Assembly (NCBI GenBank): GCA_020854815.1
Contig: JAHKLW010000043.1
Coordinates: 3,170-67,169, forward strand
From: Methanofastidiosum sp.
GTDB lineage: Archaea > Methanobacteriota_B > Thermococci > Methanofastidiosales > Methanofastidiosaceae
Length of the DNA: 64,000 bases
Direction of reading: 5' to 3'
The notes beneath the pieces are model-generated. The model was not told the origin of the DNA. It made no database searches and saw only the letters and a list, made by a program, of their open reading frames with translations. Of the stretch, positions 27,290 to 37,506 are shown piece by piece. Both the position numbers and the translations under genes were made by a program. Position 1 is the first letter of the stretch. Every line of letters begins with the position of its first letter.

Positions 27290-28018
27290 TTATCTTTTAT
27301 GGTTCCACTCTTCTGTTTCATATTTCTTCTTAGATAATTCTTTTGCAAGGTTTAATTCGTCTCTAGAAATATTCTTCACTTTTGTTTTCCCAAATACTTC
27401 TTCAAATCCTTGTTTTAAACAATTAATTAAATCTTGTTTGTTCAACTTATATCCTTCATCCGATAGTGTTGTAACTCTTTTTTTTATTTCTATTTTTTTA
27501 TCTGAGATCTTAAGAACTTTTTCCATTAATCCTATGTTAGTGTTGTACATTAGGGTTCCATGCTGTAAAATAACTCCGGATTTTCTTGTTTGGGCAGATC
27601 CCGATATTTTTTTTGAATTGAATACAATATCATTAAGTGGCTTAAATTCGACCTTGATATTAAGTTTTTTTAAACCTTCAATAATGCCTCCATAAATAAA
27701 CTCAAATGAATCTAGGATATCTTCAGGTGCATTTTCTTCGGACATCACGACTGAATAGGTAATTTCGCCCAAAGAATCATGAAAGACATTTCCACCTCCA
27801 GTTATTCTTCGGACATAGTCGATATTGTTTTTTTTACAGAAATCTAAATCAATTGAAGATTCTAACCTCTGGAAGTAACCAATAGAAACACATGACGGTA
27901 GAAATGAATAAAATCTAAATGTATCTGGTATTTTATCATTAGCTCTTAACAATAATAAAGCTTCATCTAGGCCCATTGAAAGATACCCATTATCTTCCCT
28001 ATATCCTAAATATATCAC
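27290..28018 (-). CDS. lplA: Lipoate-protein ligase A, catalytic N-terminal domain
   Basis: BPL/LPL catalytic domain pattern RFYSF...VSIGYFQ...RRITGGG. Confidence 0.75.
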   Translation of the reverse strand: MIYLGYREDNGYLSMGLDEALLLLRANDKIPDTFRFYSFLPSCVSIGYFQRLESSIDLDFCKKNNIDYVRRITGGGNVFHDSLGEITYSVVMSEENAPEDILDSFEFIYGGIIEGLKKLNIKVEFKPLNDIVFNSKKISGSAQTRKSGVILQHGTLMYNTNIGLMEKVLKISDKKIEIKKRVTTLSDEGYKLNKQDLINCLKQGFEEVFGKTKVKNISRDELNLAKELSKKKYETEEWNHKR

Positions 28019-28167
28019 AGAGAAAATACTATCGAAAACTATTTATAGGTTTACATAAACATCATTTATGGGAAGGGAAATGGAGGAAAAATTTAGAATC
28101 CTCTCATATTTTTTCACCTCTAGTGCTAGATTTCCCTTCCCTCGTTAAGGGCTTTAGGAGGCATCTT

Positions 28168-28389
28168 ATGTATCAAAGAATTTTAAAACTGCTTGAGAAT
28201 GAAGAATCTCCTCTTTCTTCAGAGACGATCAGTGAAAAAACAAAAGAAAGTTTAATGAAAACAAAATCTCTTTTATTGCGATTGCAGGAAGAAGGAAAAG
28301 TTGAAAGTACAAAAAAAGATGACATTATAGTATGGCAGATAAAGAAAAAGGATGATGTTGAGAAGAAATTTGAAAAGATGGGAAGATAA
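28168..28389 (+). CDS. Small wHTH-like protein
   Basis: Internal start MYQRILKLLENEESPLSSETISEKT... chosen. The longer ORF-track version overlaps lplA. Confidence 0.3.
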   Translation: MYQRILKLLENEESPLSSETISEKTKESLMKTKSLLLRLQEEGKVESTKKDDIIVWQIKKKDDVEKKFEKMGR

Positions 28390-30596
28390 TGCCTTTTTCT
28401 CACCCCTTTATTAAAGGGGAGATATCACCTAGAACCTACCAAGAAACTATTTTTGTGAATAGTAAAGATAAAAATACCTTAGTTATTTTACCGACAGGCC
28501 TTGGGAAAACATATATCGGGATTTTACTTGCAGCCTATACTCTACACTCTTTAGAAAAGAAAGTTTTGGTCTTAGCACCAACAAAACCACTAGCCGAACA
28601 ACATTTGAAATCATTTTCAGATATATTAAATATTGAAAAAGAAAGTTTTTCTCTTCTGACTGGAACAGTGGCTCCCACTAGAAGAAATGAGCTTTATATA
28701 AAATCTTTAGTTGTGATTGCTACCCCCCAAGTAATAGAGAATGATATATTGGGTGGAAGAATAACTTTAGAAGATTATGGTCTTATTATTTTTGATGAAG
28801 CCCATCGTGCAAGTGGAGACTATGCTTATACCTACATAGCGGAAAAAGCTATATCAAAAAATATCAGAATTATGGGATTGACTGCTTCGCCTGCCTCAGA
28901 TAAAGAAAAGATGAAGGAAATCATTCATAATCTTGGAATAGAAAATATAGAAATTAGGAATGAAACCTCATCCGATGTCAAATCTTATGTTCAAGACATA
29001 AATATATCGTGGGTTTCAGTTAAACTTCCTGATGAATTTCTTGAAATAAAAAAGTTGCTTGAGATATTACTAAAAAAAGAGATTACAGCACTGAAAGATC
29101 TTGGATTTGTTTCATCCCAAGATGTTTCAAAAAAAGAGATATTGAGCACTGTAATCAAAATAAATAATAAAATTAAAGAAGTTCCACCACATGAAAAATC
29201 TGTTTACTATGGTGCTCTGAAATCACAAGCAAAAGCCCTAAAGGTATATCATGCCTTGGAATTATTGGAAACCCAAGGTATATCGCCATTAATATCCTAT
29301 TTCAAAAGAATGAGGGATGGTAAAAGCCGTTCTTCGTTAGAGTTGCTTTCTGAAAAAACTATTATGAAGATAATAACAATGGCCAATAATTTGAATCAAC
29401 AGGGAATTGAACATCCAAAACTTTCAAAATTATTTGAAATTGTTGTAAAAGAAGTTAATGATGGAAAAAATATAATAATATTTTCCCATTACAGAGACAC
29501 CACAATGAGGATTGTAAAAGAGTTAGATAGCTTTGAAGGTGTAAAAGTTGAAAGATTCGTTGGTCAAGCCTCAAAAAAAGGAGATATGGGTTTATCTCAG
29601 AAAAAACAGAAAGAGATAATTGAAAGATTTAGATTAGGAGAGTTTAATGTTCTTGTTGCAACTTCAGTTGCTGAAGAAGGTCTTGATATTCCTGAAGTGG
29701 ATATGGTTATACTGTTTGAGCCTGTGCCTTCCGAGATAAGGTCAATTCAGAGGAGAGGCCGAACTGCTAGGAGAAGAAGTGGGGAAGTTATAATTCTCAT
29801 GGCAGAAAATACTAGAGACGAAGGTTATTATTGGGCAAGTAAGAAGAAAGAAAAGCAAATGAAACTTACTGTAATGGAATTAAAAAGAGATTTTAGGAAA
29901 AGTGATGAAATGATTATGGCAGAAAAGGGTCAAAGTAAATTAAAAGATTTTGTCAACATGCCAGATATCATAGCAGATGATAGAGAAGACAAAAAGGTGT
30001 TAAAAATTTTATCAGAAAACGCTAATATCAAAATAAATCGTTTAGAAGTTGGGGACTACATACTCTCAAACAGAGTTGGAGTTGAAAGAAAATCTTCTAA
30101 TGATTTTGTTGAATCACTTATCAATGGAACTCTTTTCCCACAAATTTTATCGCTGGCCAATAATTTTGAAGTCCCAATATTGATAGTAGAAGGGGAAGAT
30201 GTTTATTCTATAAGGAATATGGATAAAAAATCTATCCGTGGCGCAATTATCTCGGCCATGGTAGATTTCAGAGTTAGACCTATTTTTACAAAAAATCCGG
30301 AAGAAACTGTCAATTTTCTCGTTGATATTTCATTAAGAGAACAGAAAGAAAAAGATAGGATGCCCATAATCAGAGGAGAAAAAAAAGTAATGAGCCTAAG
30401 GGAAAAACAGTTATTTATTGTAGAAGGTCTTCCTGAAGTATCTTCAATACTTTCCAGAAGGTTACTACAAAAGTTTGGCAGTGTGCTTGGAGTTTTTAAT
30501 GCTGATGAAATCGAACTTAAGGAAGTTGAAGGTGTTGGAGAAATAAAGGCAAAGAAGATACGAGAAATTGTAGATTCCTTGTATGAAGAAATCTAA
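28389..30596 (+). CDS. hef: Hef (helicase-associated endonuclease for fork-structured DNA), long form
   Basis: LPTGLGKT, DEAH (IIFDEAHRASG), helicase-C QRRGRTAR, ERCC4 nuclease ERKSSNDFVESLINGTLFPQ, C-terminal HhH2. Confidence 0.9.
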   Translation: MPFSHPFIKGEISPRTYQETIFVNSKDKNTLVILPTGLGKTYIGILLAAYTLHSLEKKVLVLAPTKPLAEQHLKSFSDILNIEKESFSLLTGTVAPTRRNELYIKSLVVIATPQVIENDILGGRITLEDYGLIIFDEAHRASGDYAYTYIAEKAISKNIRIMGLTASPASDKEKMKEIIHNLGIENIEIRNETSSDVKSYVQDINISWVSVKLPDEFLEIKKLLEILLKKEITALKDLGFVSSQDVSKKEILSTVIKINNKIKEVPPHEKSVYYGALKSQAKALKVYHALELLETQGISPLISYFKRMRDGKSRSSLELLSEKTIMKIITMANNLNQQGIEHPKLSKLFEIVVKEVNDGKNIIIFSHYRDTTMRIVKELDSFEGVKVERFVGQASKKGDMGLSQKKQKEIIERFRLGEFNVLVATSVAEEGLDIPEVDMVILFEPVPSEIRSIQRRGRTARRRSGEVIILMAENTRDEGYYWASKKKEKQMKLTVMELKRDFRKSDEMIMAEKGQSKLKDFVNMPDIIADDREDKKVLKILSENANIKINRLEVGDYILSNRVGVERKSSNDFVESLINGTLFPQILSLANNFEVPILIVEGEDVYSIRNMDKKSIRGAIISAMVDFRVRPIFTKNPEETVNFLVDISLREQKEKDRMPIIRGEKKVMSLREKQLFIVEGLPEVSSILSRRLLQKFGSVLGVFNADEIELKEVEGVGEIKAKKIREIVDSLYEEI

Positions 30597-30971
30597 TTTC
30601 TTTATTGCTAATCAATAATTAACCAAAAGATTTAAATATTAATAAGCAATAATATATATTAGCATTAATAGGTGATGAATTATGCGAGGAAATAACGATG
30701 TCGAAGCAAGAAAATTCTTTAAACAAGCAAAAAGAATGAAAGATAGGGCAGAAGTAAATATAAAAAAGAGAAACTTCGTTTTAGCTTCTATTGAAATAGG
30801 TGTTGCAAACAAACTTCTTGAAGAAGGAAGTAAGTTTCTCTAAATTTTATTTTTAATTTTGATATTCTCTCCTAATGTTATTGATCCTGTGCTACTTCTA
30901 TGAAGAAATTTAAATAAACATCCTATATTTATACCATAGTCTTATATATAAAATATATAAAATCTAAAACA

Positions 30972-31652
30972 ATGTTATCCGGCGATATACTCGGCCTAAT
31001 AATAGTCTATGGCTATGTGGCCGTTTTACTCTTTATCTCTGAAAAACTGTTGAGCAAATATAAAGTATTTAGCCGAAAATTCCTCCACATAATGGTTGGA
31101 AATGTAATGTTTATATTACCTATATTCGAAACAAAATTTGCGATGACTTTTCTTGCTGCTGCCCCGTTTATACCTCTAACATTTTTAATGAGCCCACATT
31201 CGCCTTTAAAAATCAAAGATAAAATATCATCTTCAGGACACGGACTTGGATTGGTATACTATGCTATTTCATGGACCGTTCTTGCATTTTTATTTTTTGA
31301 TCGGCCATGGATTATAGCTGTAGGTATAGCTGCTATGTCATATGGAGATGGAATGGCATCCTTAATCGGGACCAGATTTGGAAAAAGAAAATACCATTTC
31401 TTTGGAGAAACTAAGAGTATTGAAGGGTCAATAACAATGTATCTTACACTAGTTACTGTTATGTGGATTGTATTGAAATACTACAATAATATTTTTGTAA
31501 ATGTTAGTTTAGTACCGATCAATTACTTAATCCTATTATTTGTTCCACTTGTTGCAACTTTATTCGAAGCTGTTACACCCAAAGGACTGGATAATTTGAC
31601 TGCATGTTTTTCTGCAACAATTCTTTATTACATATTGATACTGGTGGGATAA
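30972..31652 (+). CDS. Polyprenol/dolichol kinase-like membrane protein (CdsA/Sec59 family)
   Basis: Multi-TM protein with SYGDGMASLIGTRFGKRKY motif. Confidence 0.5.
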   Translation: MLSGDILGLIIVYGYVAVLLFISEKLLSKYKVFSRKFLHIMVGNVMFILPIFETKFAMTFLAAAPFIPLTFLMSPHSPLKIKDKISSSGHGLGLVYYAISWTVLAFLFFDRPWIIAVGIAAMSYGDGMASLIGTRFGKRKYHFFGETKSIEGSITMYLTLVTVMWIVLKYYNNIFVNVSLVPINYLILLFVPLVATLFEAVTPKGLDNLTACFSATILYYILILVG

Positions 31653-32263
31653 TGAGATTTATTATAATTGATGGATTAGATGGTGCTGGCAAAGACACTC
31701 ATGCTAATTTAATTCGTAATCGATACGTAACTAGAGGTAATAATGTCATTTTAAGGTCACATCCAGAAAATGATAATACTTTTGGAATAAAAGCAAAAAA
31801 CTCACTTTTAGGTAAGGGAAAATTAAATTATATTAAAGCATCAATTTACTATGCTTTTGATGTTATAAGATCTGTAAGGAAGTATTATAAAAAAGGTGAT
31901 GATACATTGATTGTTGTACGTTACCTAATGGGTGTTGCCTATTTGCCATTGCCTTTGGCTAAATTATTCTACAAATTTTTTTCAACTATACTCCCCACTT
32001 CAGAGTATATGTTCTTTTTAGATGTTGAGCCACAAGAGTCTCTAAGAAGATTATCTAAAAGAAATGAAAAAGAAATGTTTGAGAATCTAAACGATCTTGT
32101 AAATGTAAGGGAGAAAGCATTGAAATTAGCAAATAATTGGAACATTATAAATACAGGACACACAATAAATGAAGTCCAAAAGGAAATAGAAAAAATACTA
32201 GATAGATTGGATAATGGAAAAGATACGAAAACAGAATATATCTCAAATCGAATCCAAAATTAA
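31652..32263 (+). CDS. tmk: Thymidylate kinase family protein
   Basis: P-loop DGLDGAGKDT and VVRYLMGVAY (DRY-like). Start set at MRFIIIDG, overlapping the upstream stop. Confidence 0.55.
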   Translation: MRFIIIDGLDGAGKDTHANLIRNRYVTRGNNVILRSHPENDNTFGIKAKNSLLGKGKLNYIKASIYYAFDVIRSVRKYYKKGDDTLIVVRYLMGVAYLPLPLAKLFYKFFSTILPTSEYMFFLDVEPQESLRRLSKRNEKEMFENLNDLVNVREKALKLANNWNIINTGHTINEVQKEIEKILDRLDNGKDTKTEYISNRIQN

Positions 32264-32283
32264 TAAAAAAATATTATAAGATA

Positions 32284-33396
32284 TTATAATTTTTCAAATC
32301 TCTTTTCAAGTTCTCTTAGAACTTTAGGAAGAGTTGTGTATTCCATATCTTCACATGGTAATCTGTGTGGTTCAAATGGCCCATGCCGTCTCATATAGTC
32401 AGCGACTCTTTGTGCTTTTCTTCTAGCTTCATCATATGCAGGATCGTCAAATAGATCAACTGGCCCAACTAGTTTTCCGTTTGCTATCTGAAATCCAAGG
32501 GCTATAACTCTTGGAGGCCCATCAAATCTAGTACATACTGCATTCTTTTGACTAACTGGCATTATTGGGCCGTTGTGAGACCCTCTCATCCAGCCGGCCA
32601 CTAAGTGGGGGAATGCGAAAGGCTCGAGTATTTCGCCAACTGCAGGAAGACCTGATTGCCCCCTTACCAGTGCCACAGGATCATCTTTTCCCACATAATC
32701 TCCAGCTATCTTGTAAAGCTTTTCAGTGCTGATGTTTGCAACTGCTTCGTCAGCAGGTAATTTTCCACCTTTTTTTGGATAAACTCTTTTTATTACATAT
32801 CTCGATTTGGCACCAATCAAAGCAAGCATTTTGTATAGCTCTTCTGGACAATCCATGAATACTCTCTTACTTTCTAAGATATCCCATATCTCGAATCTAA
32901 ATCCTGCTGCTGCACTTGGGTCTATTACTAACCCTATTGTGTTAAAAGGGTCTGCAAATATCTTATATATCGGTAAATTAAAGGCCCCAGGATCAGTCTT
33001 GTCCATCATAAATGCAATAACTGGCTCTGCTTTTCTTTCTTCAAATTCGAGTTCTGCAATTCCAGGACCCAACCCTCTAACATTTCCGCTAAATGCATCA
33101 GCTAATAGGTCTTGGCCTGCACCGTAAAGCTTCAATTCCCTAGCGACTTCTGTTGCTTTTTCAAAAGTATTCCACGCAAGATGATGAACTTCTTCAGAAT
33201 CAATACCTTTTCTATGTGTCATTAATAGTTCTAGATCGTCTCCACAATTTGTAACGTGGAAATCAATTAGAAGTTTACCTTTTTCTTTTTCTAATTCTTT
33301 TTGTGCTTTTTGAATTAAATCTGGATGAACCTTGGCATGGCCAGGCCATCCTCCAACATCTGCTTTAATAAGAGAAACAGTTATTTTTTCTCCCAT
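32284..33396 (-). CDS. fbp: Fructose-1,6-bisphosphate aldolase/phosphatase (class V FBPase)
   Basis: N-terminus ITVSLIKADVGGWPGH...HPDLI. Confidence 0.9.
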   Translation of the reverse strand: MGEKITVSLIKADVGGWPGHAKVHPDLIQKAQKELEKEKGKLLIDFHVTNCGDDLELLMTHRKGIDSEEVHHLAWNTFEKATEVARELKLYGAGQDLLADAFSGNVRGLGPGIAELEFEERKAEPVIAFMMDKTDPGAFNLPIYKIFADPFNTIGLVIDPSAAAGFRFEIWDILESKRVFMDCPEELYKMLALIGAKSRYVIKRVYPKKGGKLPADEAVANISTEKLYKIAGDYVGKDDPVALVRGQSGLPAVGEILEPFAFPHLVAGWMRGSHNGPIMPVSQKNAVCTRFDGPPRVIALGFQIANGKLVGPVDLFDDPAYDEARRKAQRVADYMRRHGPFEPHRLPCEDMEYTTLPKVLRELEKRFEKL

Positions 33397-34005
33397 TTAA
33401 TCCTCCTCGTCTTTTGATTTGAAATCATCAATTGAGAATGGAGGTTCTTCACCGTCTTTTATCTGACCTTTAGCTTTCATCATTTCTCTGGCAATAAGGT
33501 AGTAAACAAGCGCTAAGGCTTTTTTACCTTTGTTATTTGTTGGTACAACTAAATCAACGTTTGACAGATAATTTTCAGAGTCGCATAGTGCAACTACAGG
33601 TATTTTTGCAAGGCCGGCTTCCCTTAGTATCTGATAATCTGCTCTTGGATCTGTCAAGATTACTACTTCAGGCTCCATAAAATCTTCACAGTTTGGATTT
33701 GTTAGAGATCCTGGAATAAATCTCTTTGTAATTGTTTTTGCGCCTATTTTCTGACCAAAAGCTAATACTGGTTTAAATCCATAGATTCTTGAAGAAACTA
33801 CTAGAATTTTCTCTGGCTCAAATTTAGCAAGAAACTTCCCAACTTTTTCAATCTTCTTATTTGTTTCGTTTATATCAAGGATATATAGACCATCTTGTCT
33901 TATCCTAAATATGTACCTTTCCATGTCCCTTGTTTTTTGAGTTGTCCCAATATGTATTCCTGATGCAAGGTACAAATCAAGAGGTACAAGCATTTCATCA
34001 CTCAT
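33397..34005 (-). CDS. rps2: 30S ribosomal protein S2
   Basis: LASGIHIGT...DGLYILDI...VLAFGQKIG pattern. Confidence 0.9.
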   Translation of the reverse strand: MSDEMLVPLDLYLASGIHIGTTQKTRDMERYIFRIRQDGLYILDINETNKKIEKVGKFLAKFEPEKILVVSSRIYGFKPVLAFGQKIGAKTITKRFIPGSLTNPNCEDFMEPEVVILTDPRADYQILREAGLAKIPVVALCDSENYLSNVDLVVPTNNKGKKALALVYYLIAREMMKAKGQIKDGEEPPFSIDDFKSKDEED

Positions 34006-34604
34006 TAAATCTCCTCTCCCAAATATTCTTTAATTCTTATTAGTTCATTTATTATTTGGATATTATCTTCCATTAATTCCAAATATCTAAGATTAAATGC
34101 TAGAGATATATGACATATCCCTTCATCAACTGCAGAGATTATGCAGTTCTTATCATCTTTTGATGCAGCATAAATATTAGATATTGTATCTAGCTCAATT
34201 TTTTTTGGTTTTTGATTGTTTTTTAACTCTTTTAGATCGAAGTTAAATATTTTTCCCCCTATATTCAATAGAGGCATTTGCCCCTCGTATATGCCTCCAA
34301 GATATCTAAAAAGAGGTAACGAATAAAAAGAAGATGCTGCTTTGGCAGATGCCAAAGATAAAGCGAATCTTATTTGAGTATAGGGCGTTATTTCGCAAAG
34401 CAACTCATCTAGTGATTTTTGTTCAATTGCATCCAATCCTATGAGTTCCGGTAAAACAACTTCTTCTATCTCAGAGATTTCTTCTTCAAAAGGCACAGAG
34501 GCTCTCCCAAAACTTGAAGAGGTATATACATCTATTTCTACTATACTCTTCTCTTTATTGCTGTTGTAAACCTTCCTTGCCCTTATATCCTCTATTACGG
34601 TCAA
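34005..34604 (-). CDS. Enolase N-terminal-domain-only protein (truncated, non-catalytic enolase paralog or remnant)
   Basis: IEDIRARKVYNSNKEKSIVEIDVYT..FGRASVP resembles I..V.AREILDSRGNPTVEV.V....GRA.VPSGAS. ALSLASAKAASSFYSLPLFRYLGG resembles enolase LAVAKAAA..LGIPLYRYLGG. Only 199 aa, and rps2 starts at its stop. Confidence 0.6.
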   Translation of the reverse strand: MTVIEDIRARKVYNSNKEKSIVEIDVYTSSSFGRASVPFEEEISEIEEVVLPELIGLDAIEQKSLDELLCEITPYTQIRFALSLASAKAASSFYSLPLFRYLGGIYEGQMPLLNIGGKIFNFDLKELKNNQKPKKIELDTISNIYAASKDDKNCIISAVDEGICHISLAFNLRYLELMEDNIQIINELIRIKEYLGEEI

Positions 34605-34630
34605 TATTTCCTCTCCTTCTCCATTTCCTA

Positions 34631-34708
34631 TGGTGGGGCCGTCGGGATTTGAACCCGAGTTTCCACCACCCCAAGGTGAGAGGCTAGTCCAAGCTACCCC
34701 ACGGCCCC
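34631..34708 (-). tRNA. tRNA-Pro (anticodon GGG), CCA encoded
   Basis: Reverse complement GGGGCCG...anticodon loop TTGGGGT...T-arm TCGGGTTCAAATCCCGA...CGGCCCC ACCA. Long D-loop. Confidence 0.8.
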
Positions 34709-34743
34709 ATGTGAAATCGACTATAAACTATTAAAATATAAAA

Positions 34744-34938
34744 TTATATTTTATAGTCGAGCAGTTCATCTATAAGATCAACATGGGTAAGAAGCATTCT
34801 TCTGCAGCAATATCTGGTTAGTCCCATGTCGTCCAATATTTTTTCTGTTTTTTCCCCTTTGCTTACTCTAGCTAGATAAGGCTCATAAAGATGTCCAATC
34901 ACTTTTCCACAGGTAAAGCATCTTACAGGGATAATCAA
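34744..34938 (-). CDS. rpoN: DNA-directed RNA polymerase subunit N (Rpb10)
   Basis: [12 protein letters not shown]...RYCCRRM. Confidence 0.85.
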   Translation of the reverse strand: MIIPVRCFTCGKVIGHLYEPYLARVSKGEKTEKILDDMGLTRYCCRRMLLTHVDLIDELLDYKI

Positions 34939-34942
34939 AAGA

Positions 34943-35347
34943 TCACCTGTAAGATTTCTGTCTTCTTGCTCTTGGTCCTTTAGAAGACTTACTTGGCTTG
35001 TGCTCTTCAGTTCTCCTTGAATCTCCCCTTAATAGGATTCTGTCGTATCCTAGATAAGCTTCTTTCAAAGAGTTATCCTGAGTGAATTCGACAAGACCTC
35101 TTGCGATTGCTATTCTGCATGCATCAGCTTGCCCCATAATTCCTCCACCTCGGACATCAATGTCAATATCAACTGTATTTGCTGTATCTCCTGCAAGGAG
35201 AATTGGTTCAAACATTTTGATTCTTACCAATTCAGGTTCAACTATGGGAAGCGGTTTGCTATTAATTCTGACTCTCCCCTTCCCTTCTTTTACAGTTGCC
35301 CTTGCAACAGCTTTTTTTCTTTTACCTACTGATTGAATAATTTTCAT
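34943..35347 (-). CDS. rps9: 30S ribosomal protein S9
   Basis: [19 protein letters not shown] and C-terminal RRQKSYR. Confidence 0.9.
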   Translation of the reverse strand: MKIIQSVGKRKKAVARATVKEGKGRVRINSKPLPIVEPELVRIKMFEPILLAGDTANTVDIDIDVRGGGIMGQADACRIAIARGLVEFTQDNSLKEAYLGYDRILLRGDSRRTEEHKPSKSSKGPRARRQKSYR

Positions 35348-35769
35348 ACACGCCCCCCAAGGAAGGATGATATTTCTTTTACTCTAAAATATTTCTTAGT
35401 TCTTAATTTTGAAACATCAGCTTCGTTGAATCTAACGAATTCTTTTCCAGTTAAATCTTCAGGTATACCAACATATACCTTTAGTTTCTTGTATGCCTGT
35501 CTTCCTTTGTCTTTTTTCCAAGGTAACATTCCCCTTACTGCCCTTCTGACTATTCTGTCAGATCTTTTTGGGAAAAATGAACCTCTCAAAGGATTTGCGA
35601 TATCTTTGAATTGTGCTCTTTTCTTGTAAAGGTCAAAGAAATAATCCCTATTCCCCGTAATTATAACTTCTTCAGCATTGACTATATAAATTTCTTCCCC
35701 TTCTAAAAGTTTTTTAGCAGCAACTGATGCCATTCTGCCCAGAATCTGATCTTTTCCATCGATTATCAT
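35344..35769 (-). CDS. rpl13: 50S ribosomal protein L13
   Basis: [32 protein letters not shown]. Confidence 0.9.
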   Translation of the reverse strand: MIIDGKDQILGRMASVAAKKLLEGEEIYIVNAEEVIITGNRDYFFDLYKKRAQFKDIANPLRGSFFPKRSDRIVRRAVRGMLPWKKDKGRQAYKKLKVYVGIPEDLTGKEFVRFNEADVSKLRTKKYFRVKEISSFLGGRV

Positions 35770-35773
35770 GAGA

Positions 35774-36142
35774 TCACTCCATTATCCTTACACCGCTACC
35801 TCTCGGATTCTCTTTGTAAAGGTCATAAAGAGTTATTGCTCTTCCATTTTTGTTTATCTTTTCCATGGCGGATTTAGAAAACTTGAATGCAGAAATTGTA
35901 ACTTTATGATCTAGTTCTCCACTGCCCAATACTTTTCCGGGAACAACTACTGTGTCTCCATCTTGTGAATATCTATTGATTTTTGATAAATTCACTTGGG
36001 GTAAATGCCTTGTAGGCCTTTTGAACCTCTTAGAAAGGTCAATCCACAAGGGAGTTTTTTCAGAATATCCTTTGTCTATAAAAAAATCTATAAGACTTAA
36101 TATATTTGGATTTGTTTTATTCAATTTTTTCATTAGTTTCAC
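35774..36142 (-). CDS. rpl18e: 50S ribosomal protein L18e
   Basis: Size and sequence pattern, and conserved position upstream of L13/S9/RpoN. Confidence 0.8.
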   Translation of the reverse strand: MKLMKKLNKTNPNILSLIDFFIDKGYSEKTPLWIDLSKRFKRPTRHLPQVNLSKINRYSQDGDTVVVPGKVLGSGELDHKVTISAFKFSKSAMEKINKNGRAITLYDLYKENPRGSGVRIME

Positions 36143-36267
36143 CTCTCAAACTCTTGCGCTTTCGCTCGCCTGAGATTAACATTGATATTTTAATACCCTA
36201 TTTAAACGTTTCGATGAATTTTTAAATAGAGGAAATATTTTGAAAAAGAAGAAAAATAAATTATTAT

Positions 36268-37422
36268 TTATCTTTTCCAGATTGGATTTAGAATAGAAGG
36301 AAGTTCAGTATCGTATCCAAGATCTTTTAAAGCCATTTGAAGACAGGCCATAGTAACTATTATTTCCTTTTCCGAAACACTTCCCATGTGTCCAATTCTA
36401 ATTATCTTCCCTTTAAGATGGTCTTGTCCACCAGCTATTATCACGCCGTACTTTTCTCTCATTGTTTTAACGAGTTCTTGTCCATCAATTCCTTCTGGAA
36501 CTTTAATAGATGTGACTGTGTTTGAACATGTCTTTTCTTCCTGGGGAAATAATTTAAGGCCTATGGATTTTGCAGCTTCTCTTGTTGCCTTAGCCATTTT
36601 TTCATGTTTTTTGATCCAGTTGTCAAATCCGCATTCATCTATTATATCCAATGCTTCTTTTAATCCGTAAGCCATCGATACAGGTTGAGTGTATGGAGCC
36701 TTGTATTTGTTATTTTTATATTTCTTCAGGTTAAGATAGTAGCATGTTTCGTCAGTTTTTTCAATTATATCCCAAGCCTTCTGGCTAACGGAGATAAATG
36801 ACATCCCTGGGGGGAGTCCGATACACTTCTGGCTACCCGATGCACATAGATCAACTCCCCAATTATCAACTTCAATATTGTCTCCACCAAGTGATGAAAT
36901 AGTATCTACAACTAATAGAGCATTACTACCCTTTACAATCTTTCCAATGTCTGCTACTGGGTTTCTAACTCCTGTGGAGGTTTCATTGTGTACCATTGTT
37001 ACTGCCTTGATGGCCGGGTCTTTTTCTAATGCTTTTTTAACATCTTCTGTCTTTATAGGCATTCCCCAGTCATATTTTAATTCAATTACAGCTCCCTTGT
37101 AAGCCTTGACAATGTCTCTAAATCGCTCTCCAAACTTACCTGATGTAATACATAAGACCTTGTCTCCTGGTTGAACAATGTTAGCTATTGCAGCGTCCAT
37201 TGCAGCTGTACCAGAACCGGCAATTATAAAAACATCATTTTTAGTTTTAAAGATTTTTTTCATTCTTTCGGATTGCTCCATAAAGAGCTTGTTAAATTCA
37301 TCGCTTCTATGGGGCATGATTTTCATTGACATGGCCCTAAATACCCTAGGGTGAACTGGTATCGGACCAGGTATCATTAGTAAAAAATCCTCATTCATAT
37401 AACCACGACACTGTTTTAACAA
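36268..37422 (-). CDS. Class V PLP-dependent aminotransferase (serine-pyruvate/alanine-glyoxylate family)
   Basis: LLMIPGP N-terminus and PLP-lysine SGSQKCIGLPPG. Likely start at MNEDF, about 37398. Confidence 0.8.
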   Translation of the reverse strand: MLKQCRGYMNEDFLLMIPGPIPVHPRVFRAMSMKIMPHRSDEFNKLFMEQSERMKKIFKTKNDVFIIAGSGTAAMDAAIANIVQPGDKVLCITSGKFGERFRDIVKAYKGAVIELKYDWGMPIKTEDVKKALEKDPAIKAVTMVHNETSTGVRNPVADIGKIVKGSNALLVVDTISSLGGDNIEVDNWGVDLCASGSQKCIGLPPGMSFISVSQKAWDIIEKTDETCYYLNLKKYKNNKYKAPYTQPVSMAYGLKEALDIIDECGFDNWIKKHEKMAKATREAAKSIGLKLFPQEEKTCSNTVTSIKVPEGIDGQELVKTMREKYGVIIAGGQDHLKGKIIRIGHMGSVSEKEIIVTMACLQMALKDLGYDTELPSILNPIWKR

Positions 37423-37506
37423 AAATAAACATATATAAGATTATCTTATCTAACTGTAAATTAAAAGTGTTAGAATAGAATAAATCTCAAGAAGATTAAA
37501 ACAAAA

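Noticed and set aside
34005-34604. Possibility that the short enolase is a frameshifted pseudogene with the catalytic half in another frame downstream
   Set aside because: rps2 starts at the stop codon of this ORF, so there is no space for the missing about 230 codons. The gene is genuinely short, hence called truncated rather than a frameshift pseudogene.
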